Shown piece after piece: positions 58,090 through 64,000 of a stretch of DNA of 64,000 bases. The position numbers and the translations under genes were made by a program. The stretch lies in IMG/VR virus record IMGVR_UViG_3300037247_001890, positions 96,001-160,000 of that record; one strand, 5' to 3'. The notes under the pieces are model-generated. The model searched no databases. It was not told the origin of the DNA and saw only the letters and a program-made list of their open reading frames with translations. The DNA comes from a virus. Positions within the stretch are counted from its first letter, which is position 1, and each line of letters opens with the position of its first letter.

Positions 58090-58805
58090 TAGCGGTTACT
58101 AACCGCTACTAGAACCAGATTGTCGTCTCGACTTTCATTTAATGGTTCTATTTGTTGTAACCTTGACATCCCTGTCTCGTTTACAACAAATCATTCCGCT
58201 CAAGGATGGGATCCTAGTAAGGTAGCCGGCACTGCAGTGTGAAGGAGAGCTCCTTCAGCAGGTCTCGCGATCGCACGCGCAAGAACGCGCAAGCACGCGG
58301 ACGCCTGGTCCCAGAGACGCATGCAGCTGGCAGGTACCTCGACGGGAAGAAACCCGGGGGACTCCGGAAACGACGCATTACAGCGAAGAAGACATGATCG
58401 TATAGCGGCGTATAAAAATGAAGAAATGGGACGCACAGAGTGACGTCCTCTGTCCATTTCTTCTAAGAGTACATGGTATGTGCTTTTAGAAGAGATGGGT
58501 AGAATGATTCGTTTTATCAAGAATCTCCTTTTTTCTCGACCTAGCAGCGAAGGGCAGCTGCAAATCCCGAAGAAAGGTCTACGGGATTTACTGCTCGCCC
58601 ACTCGCAGTCATGTCGGAAAAATAGTAAGTACAGGTGGATATGCAGCTTTATCAGAGCCTACAATATCTGCCTGCCTTCTTACACAAGGTGAGCTGTAGT
58701 AAAAGTTGACATGCAACTTGGCTAGTTGTTACGACTAGCTTTTTAGTAAAATGAATGTATACAAGGAAACGTTTCACTCGCAAGGTGAAAAGTACAGCTT
58801 TTTTT
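58090..58805 (+). ncRNA. ~720-nt array of abutting hairpins with a GC-rich multi-stem domain (one long or several ncRNAs)
   Basis: Hairpins at 58090-58108, 58110-58150 and 58150-58191; GC-rich core 58196-58408; 26-bp G.U-containing stem 58449-58503; rods at ~58529-58622 and ~58625-58683; agctgta/tacagct plus T-run at the end. Confidence 0.65.
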
Positions 58806-58855
58806 ATCTTTAAGTTGGAATAAGAAATATAGAATAAAAAAAGAGGAGATAAAAA

Positions 58856-59065
58856 ATGATTTGTCCAAACAAAGAAAAGTTTTTATCAGAAAAAAGACGC
58901 CTAAAAATACAAATGGGCAATCTTGATAAAGACAAAATTCCTGAAAAGATGTCTAATCGACTTGAGGTTATTAATAAACGATTAGCCGAAATAGAAAAAA
59001 TACAAAAAACAACAGATCCTGCAAATGGTTTAGATGATACAGAATACGCTATGATGGGAGATTAA
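58856..59065 (+). CDS. Small hypothetical protein
   Basis: SD GAGGAG; 69 aa. Confidence 0.6.
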   Translation: MICPNKEKFLSEKRRLKIQMGNLDKDKIPEKMSNRLEVINKRLAEIEKIQKTTDPANGLDDTEYAMMGD

Positions 59066-59096
59066 AATAGGGAGGAATTTTCCCCCCTATTTTTTT
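59064..59096. terminator. Bidirectional terminator between convergent blocks
   Basis: aaaatagggagga-attt-tcccccctatttt with A and T runs on either side. Confidence 0.75.
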
Positions 59097-59100
59097 ACAT

Positions 59101-59751
59101 TTATGCTACAGGGACAGTAGATACGTTTATTGGTTGTATACTATCCGCAATTATATTTACATTCTCCATCACAATTGTTTGATTCGCACCAATATTCATT
59201 TGGTGTGATTGCACCATGCAATTTTGAATTAATATCATTGCTGTTTGGTCATCTTCACTATCATGTACTATCAACGCTAACCCAAAAGGTCTGTTAAAAA
59301 AACTTGATGCTAGATTCAAATAAAAACTTCCTTTGCTTGTACCTGCTGGAATAGTGCTATGATGCCCGGGAGCATCTTCACCAACGTCATCTGACGGTAA
59401 ATCATCTGGATCATATTCTCCATAATACATAGCAGCTAATAAAGAATCACCATTAAAGATTACTCGACTGAGTCCTATTTGAACTCTGGTACGTCCAGGG
59501 ATCATATAGGGTTTTCTTGAACCTATTTCAAACAATTGTTGAATTTGTTTATTCTGTACAACTGCCGCACTTTCAAGAATACCTATTGGATATAATTTGG
59601 CTGCTAAGTCTGTATTAGCTTCTTCTATAAAAGCGGGAGCAGCACAAATAACTATAGATTCAGATGAAACAAAATTTTCATTTTTATCTAATATATCCGG
59701 TTCTACGTGCCCTGTTTTAAATTCCCAGGCATGGTATGTTTCTCTGGCCAT
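59101..59751 (-). CDS. Tail tube protein
   Basis: YPIGILESAAVVQNKQIQQLFEIGS...IPGRT...IQNCMVQS....IGAN...VMENV; directly downstream of the sheath gene. Confidence 0.75.
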   Translation of the reverse strand: MARETYHAWEFKTGHVEPDILDKNENFVSSESIVICAAPAFIEEANTDLAAKLYPIGILESAAVVQNKQIQQLFEIGSRKPYMIPGRTRVQIGLSRVIFNGDSLLAAMYYGEYDPDDLPSDDVGEDAPGHHSTIPAGTSKGSFYLNLASSFFNRPFGLALIVHDSEDDQTAMILIQNCMVQSHQMNIGANQTIVMENVNIIADSIQPINVSTVPVA

Positions 59752-59762
59752 TTAATTCCTCC

Positions 59763-61373
59763 TTAGAACTGTAGTTCTATCTTGATGTAATTGACAGGAT
59801 ATTTGACTAATACATTTAGACTAATTTCTATGGTATCAGGGGCTTCTTCAGCCTGTTCAATCTTAAGAATTTTAATATCATTGACATGGCCGTTTTTAAT
59901 AAGGTATAAAATTTGTGCCTGTAGTGACATAGTAAGCAATTTCAAGAACTGTGGACTAATATTATAACGTCCAATATAACCGGATAATCCATTACGCATG
60001 AATTTTGCTATAAAATCTAAAGTTTTCAAAATACTCAATTCCCGTCTTTCAACAGAAGTCATATCAGTTGTTAATTGATGTCTACAGTAAATTGGTGCTG
60101 TCGAAGAAGTTTGAATTAACAGATAATTACCACCCTCGGCCATAGTATTAAGATCAGATTCGGTAAATTTATCCATTGAATACATCAAACGACTTATTCC
60201 GGTCACAGCTAAATTAGTAAATGGTGTTTCAGGTGGATATCCAGAAATCATACCACCAATAGCTGCTGCACCAATAGTACCAGGTACAGGAGATTCAACT
60301 ATCATAAAAGTATTTTCTGTTGCTAGGTTAGATAACATAGCAGGAGTTAGTATTTCACCTTTTCTGTAAGAATACCTAGTTCCACTTACTGTAACAGTTT
60401 TATTTTCACCTAAATAAAACGGTATGCCCGAAACGCCTTGAACTGCATCACGATAAGCATTTGTCAATGTAGATACATGACGTGATTCAGTTACAAATAT
60501 TGTATCAGGAAAAGAATAGACAAGTCTACGCTCTTGTTGAACATATGCAGCTTCTTTTATCGCTCCAGCTGTAACAGCTGTGTCAGCGCCATCTGCGTCG
60601 GAAGGATCACCACCGGCATCTTTCCAAGGTATACTTGGTGCGGCCACAACCATTCTCTCACGTTTTTCTTCTGGGGCTGAATAAGTAATTGCATGTGTTT
60701 TGCAGGCACTAATAACACCTGCTGTTGTTGTTAAAGGAACCATTGCATAAATTTCTCTGGTCTTTAACGTATCGAATGCTACATCTGAAGAAATGAATTC
60801 ATTAGAAGTTGGCGCTGGTGAATCTTCAGTTACCGGGGATGCGTGTACATACCCGCCAGTATTGAGCATTGCTTTGTGTAATCCTACTCCTAATGGATTG
60901 TAGGATATGGTTGAACCTATTTTTTCTTCTATATCATCCAAATCCGACATAGTCAGAAATGGGTCTAGATCAGTACGAAGTGCACGATATCCAATTTCAA
61001 TTGCTGCACCATCATCTAATCCAACAACTTCAGGATAAGTCGCACCCAAACTCGCATTTATTTGTACAGATGTAGCACCTGCTGTAAAATCCGCAGCAGA
61101 ATCAAGATGTACTCTTGTACCTGCAGAAGCCCCAGTGCCACCAATCAGATCAACATACACACTCGCTGTGTGTACTTCTGCTCCTGATGGTAATCCAGCA
61201 TAATCAACATCTATCTGGACTCCGCTGTATACTTCTATGTAAGAATAATCTCCTACTTCTTCAACAAAAAATGCTTTTCCAATTATAACCGTTCCTAAAT
61301 CAGGAGAGATTAAACTTGGAGAAACCCTTACTTGGGTTTGAGTAACTTCGACACCTGGTTTTACATAACCCAT
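59763..61373 (-). CDS. Contractile tail sheath protein
   Basis: MGYVKPGVEV N-terminus; PFTN, RHQLTT, RELSI.KTLDF.AK, YIGRYNI, VKYPVNYIKIEL C-terminus. Confidence 0.88.
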   Translation of the reverse strand: MGYVKPGVEVTQTQVRVSPSLISPDLGTVIIGKAFFVEEVGDYSYIEVYSGVQIDVDYAGLPSGAEVHTASVYVDLIGGTGASAGTRVHLDSAADFTAGATSVQINASLGATYPEVVGLDDGAAIEIGYRALRTDLDPFLTMSDLDDIEEKIGSTISYNPLGVGLHKAMLNTGGYVHASPVTEDSPAPTSNEFISSDVAFDTLKTREIYAMVPLTTTAGVISACKTHAITYSAPEEKRERMVVAAPSIPWKDAGGDPSDADGADTAVTAGAIKEAAYVQQERRLVYSFPDTIFVTESRHVSTLTNAYRDAVQGVSGIPFYLGENKTVTVSGTRYSYRKGEILTPAMLSNLATENTFMIVESPVPGTIGAAAIGGMISGYPPETPFTNLAVTGISRLMYSMDKFTESDLNTMAEGGNYLLIQTSSTAPIYCRHQLTTDMTSVERRELSILKTLDFIAKFMRNGLSGYIGRYNISPQFLKLLTMSLQAQILYLIKNGHVNDIKILKIEQAEEAPDTIEISLNVLVKYPVNYIKIELQF

Positions 61374-61391
61374 AAAAATACTCCTTAGTAT

Positions 61392-62141
61392 TTAAAAGCC
61401 TTTAATTATATCTTTTGTCATTTTTGGCAATTCTACGGTTGTCATATGAGCCATAGCCAATGGTCTTAGAGGGCCCCAAAGAACTGTTTCTTTAAGTGCA
61501 CCACCTATACGTGACGTTACACCACGTTTTTTTCCTTGATCATCGTACTTGCTCGTAGCTAAAGCCAATCCACCAAAACCTATACCCGTATCAAATACAG
61601 GATTCATAAGTCTTCCTGGCAAAGAACGTTTAGCAATAACATCGTATTGCTTTCCGCCTTTAGCTCCTATTGTCTTTGCGAAATACTGCGTTCTAGCTAG
61701 ATCTTTTTTTACGTATCCCCTAATGCCTTCTTTAGCAATGGTTTTACCCGTAGTTATTAAATTCGCAGTACCTGTTAGCACTGCTTGCCCAACACGCCTA
61801 ACAGGATCTTTCCATGGTATTTTTTTCGATTCTCTAAATCCTAGGGGTTGTCTAGTTTTTCCTAACCACGGTCTCATAGTAGTTTTTTTTGTGGTTGTTT
61901 TCAGAGCTTCCAATCCTTGTTTATAAACTTTTCCAGATTTTGCATACGATGCTGGACTAGTCATTATATCAGAATATTTACTGGCAAAAGTCGAAACTTT
62001 GCCTACCATCTCTTTTGCTATAGGACTTTTAGACATTAGTTTTGCAATTAGCCGACCCAATAACCCATAACCACCTAATTTTTCAAATTCTTCTGTAAAT
62101 GCTTTTCGTCTAACCAAATATTCCTGAGTAGAGTTGGTCAT
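61392..62141 (-). CDS. Basic hypothetical protein (possible internal virion protein)
   Basis: 249 aa, K/R/G-rich; N-terminal AFTEEFEKLG. Confidence 0.55.
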   Translation of the reverse strand: MTNSTQEYLVRRKAFTEEFEKLGGYGLLGRLIAKLMSKSPIAKEMVGKVSTFASKYSDIMTSPASYAKSGKVYKQGLEALKTTTKKTTMRPWLGKTRQPLGFRESKKIPWKDPVRRVGQAVLTGTANLITTGKTIAKEGIRGYVKKDLARTQYFAKTIGAKGGKQYDVIAKRSLPGRLMNPVFDTGIGFGGLALATSKYDDQGKKRGVTSRIGGALKETVLWGPLRPLAMAHMTTVELPKMTKDIIKGF

Positions 62142-62964
62142 AAATTATGAGTCCTGAATATAGTGGATATATGTAATCTACGGGTTCCTGTAATCCATAA
62201 GTATATAATGGATTATCGAAAGGAACATTTACTACCTCGGAATAAGTGGCGTATGTTATGTTTCCCATATATCCAAATGTTAGTTGTACACCACTTGGAA
62301 TAGTTATAAAAGTAATATCTAATCCGCTTATTGTATAATCAATACCTTGTACATAATAACCTTTTCCGAAAGTTCCGGTTATTCCTGTGCCTAATTCAGC
62401 AGTATCTGCACCTGACGAGCTCAGCAAACTGGAATGAATATACATATCTGAAAATGTATCATGAATGTAATCTACATTCCTTTGCATTGCATAATCGACA
62501 GATATCGGAACATTAACAAATTCTATATCAGTTTTATTTTTTAATATTATGGCATCCCCCATAGAAATGCCCCTAATATTATTAATTCCATTTTTACGAA
62601 ATTGATCTCTATATCCAGTCAATTTGGTAAAAAGGTAATCTGCTAATCTTTCTGTTACATACTCTGTCTTTGAAAGAACATTGTATACGACTGTCCCATA
62701 AATGATATCTGAAAACTTTTTATCGAGTGACATCATATCATAAGTCATTCTCTGATCAATCGTATGCTGACCCCATCTAAGAGGTCCACGGCTAAGAATT
62801 ATAGCCGGCTTCATCTCTATTAATGGAGACTCTATAAAATGCTTATCACCTATTAATATAGACGTTGTTTTAGGATCAAGAGTCCATTTCAATGCATAAT
62901 TTTCTGCAAATAAGGATTGTGCAAACCCGATAAAAATCCTTTTTGCATCTATAGTGAATCCCAT
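62110..62964 (-). CDS. Neck/tail-terminator-like structural protein (putative)
   Basis: KPAIILSRG...DIIYGTVVYNVLSKTE...ERLA; upstream of the sheath gene. Confidence 0.45.
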   Translation of the reverse strand: MGFTIDAKRIFIGFAQSLFAENYALKWTLDPKTTSILIGDKHFIESPLIEMKPAIILSRGPLRWGQHTIDQRMTYDMMSLDKKFSDIIYGTVVYNVLSKTEYVTERLADYLFTKLTGYRDQFRKNGINNIRGISMGDAIILKNKTDIEFVNVPISVDYAMQRNVDYIHDTFSDMYIHSSLLSSSGADTAELGTGITGTFGKGYYVQGIDYTISGLDITFITIPSGVQLTFGYMGNITYATYSEVVNVPFDNPLYTYGLQEPVDYIYPLYSGLIIYDQLYSGIFG

Positions 62965-63182
62965 TAAAGCATCCTGATTAGTTCTTTTATCTCTTGCCTT
63001 TTTTCGCGGTTAGTAAAATAATCTTGCATTCGAATCGGTGCAGTTTTAGAAACTACTGTGACTACATCGCCTTCAAATTTAAAAAACAAATTATGGGACA
63101 TTCTTGATAATTTCTGAGAAATCATTTCAACAATTTTTCCACCACTTGATCCTTCTGAAACTCTATAAATTACGGGTCGCAT
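62964..63182 (-). CDS. Hypothetical protein, probably leaderless
   Basis: ATG lies 6 nt after a -10 box. Confidence 0.55.
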   Translation of the reverse strand: MRPVIYRVSEGSSGGKIVEMISQKLSRMSHNLFFKFEGDVVTVVSKTAPIRMQDYFTNREKRQEIKELIRML

Positions 63183-63188
63183 GTTACA

Positions 63189-63217
63189 AATGTAAACTAT
63201 TTATTTCAAATAGTCAA
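63189..63217 (-). promoter_or_regulatory. Sigma70-type promoter TTGACT-17-TACATT
   Basis: Exact 17-nt spacer; intergenic. Confidence 0.65.
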
Positions 63218-63277
63218 CAGCTAATTACATTCCAATTGATACTTTTATATCAAATTCTTCTGTAAGATATTTTACCA

Positions 63278-64000
63278 CTAGAATAGCTCCTCGAATTTGT
63301 TTGTCATATCCTCTGCGGAAAGGTATTTTTTTGCCAACCGTCTATTTATCTGACCATCAGCGGCATCATATTCCTGCAAGAGTTCGGTAAGCTCTTGTAT
63401 GTTTGGAAATGTTTCCCCAGTCCATCCTGAGCAATTCCTGTATAAAAACCCTTCAAAATTTTCAGTTTTTATCCAACCATCTGTTCCAAATGGTCCGTGT
63501 ATCAATACAGGTTTTCCGGAGGCCATGCCCTCATAAGCAGATCGGCCATAACCAATTATTATATCGTATTTTTTTATCTGGTCATCAACGTCTTCAGAAC
63601 CTGCTATATGTTTATATTCTATATCCAAATTTACACAGGATTTATAAATACTATAATTAGGAATACCTCGAAAAATATTTAATGCTTTTTGTGGAGGTGT
63701 TTTGGGAAATTTAGTCGGTCTAAATTTTCTTAAGTCTACCCCATTATGTATAACTACGTCAGCATTTACAGCTTTTTGTGTTCTTTTACTAATAGCTACA
63801 TGTGCATAAACCTTGCCAAATGGGGTAAATGCGTCAAACATTGTACCATGCGATACAAAGATGGTCTTTTCTGGTGATACATATTTTTGATGAATGTTGT
63901 AATTTAAAATAGCGTAGTCGTATGAATCATAATCCGGAAGTGTTTTGCTATATGTAGTGGTCTGTAATTTATCTAAAAAGACATGTATGCCTTCTAAATT
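63278..64000 (-). CDS. GT-B (GT4-like) glycosyltransferase, 5'-partial
   Basis: The frame is open from the window edge (...IFVSHGTMFD); HVAIS, VIHNGVDLRKFRP, GRSAYEGMASGKPV. Confidence 0.85.
   Translation of the reverse strand, partial: NLEGIHVFLDKLQTTTYSKTLPDYDSYDYAILNYNIHQKYVSPEKTIFVSHGTMFDAFTPFGKVYAHVAISKRTQKAVNADVVIHNGVDLRKFRPTKFPKTPPQKALNIFRGIPNYSIYKSCVNLDIEYKHIAGSEDVDDQIKKYDIIIGYGRSAYEGMASGKPVLIHGPFGTDGWIKTENFEGFLYRNCSGWTGETFPNIQELTELLQEYDAADGQINRRLAKKYLSAEDMTNKFEELF

Noticed and set aside
58310-58400. Group I intron core (cagagac / aagacatgatc resemble R and S elements)
   Set aside because: The P7 pairing cannot be formed and no interrupted gene flanks it.
58200-58692. ORFs 58200-58520(-) and 58480-58692(+) as proteins
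   Set aside because: No convincing SD, atypical composition, and they coincide with extensive RNA stems.
59101-61373. Bacterial eCIS/tailocin rather than phage
   Set aside because: It is linked to a complete phage-type replication module and no host genes are present.
1-64000. Stop-codon reassignment, CRISPR array, DGR/retron, integrase, intein or intron in RNR/PolA
   Set aside because: Genes are full length under code 11 with all three stops in use. No repeat-spacer array, reverse transcriptase or recombinase motifs were seen. RNR and PolA are contiguous and of normal size.

Overview
This window is a segment of a large, AT-rich tailed phage genome with a contractile tail (myovirus-like). 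No host housekeeping genes, integrase, rRNA, canonical tRNA or CRISPR array were seen. It has three blocks. (1) 1-27437, minus strand: tail and baseplate genes. These include a >2000-aa tandem beta-helix-like repeat protein missed by the ORF track, a baseplate J-like gene, a gp25-like gene, hub-like genes, an embedded sigma factor, a tape-measure-like gene, and a chaperone pair joined by a -1 slippery site. (2) 27575-59065, plus strand: replication, recombination, nucleotide metabolism and accessory genes. These include RNase H, an SF2 helicase, peptide deformylase, two resolvases, an AEP primase-helicase, an MBL hydrolase, a DEDD exonuclease, a Sak4-like ATPase, class II RNR, a ubiquitin-like/JAB/E1 cluster, an AAA ATPase, an RpoD-like sigma, PolA, a dNMP kinase and a HAD nucleotidase. 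The block ends in a ~3.7 kb island rich in structured non-coding RNA. (3) 59101-64000, minus strand: tail tube, sheath, a neck/terminator-like gene and a partial glycosyltransferase. The two best candidates for an undescribed system are (a) the RNA island, especially a 252-aa protein followed by a ~440-nt RNA with 6-nt-period AGACT-type repeats and a circularly permuted tRNA-like (YrlA-like) domain, then a stand-alone vWA protein, and (b) a phage-encoded Ubl(GG-C)-JAB-E1 module with a 684-aa partner. All calls come from reading motifs and base-pairing by eye; no searches were run.
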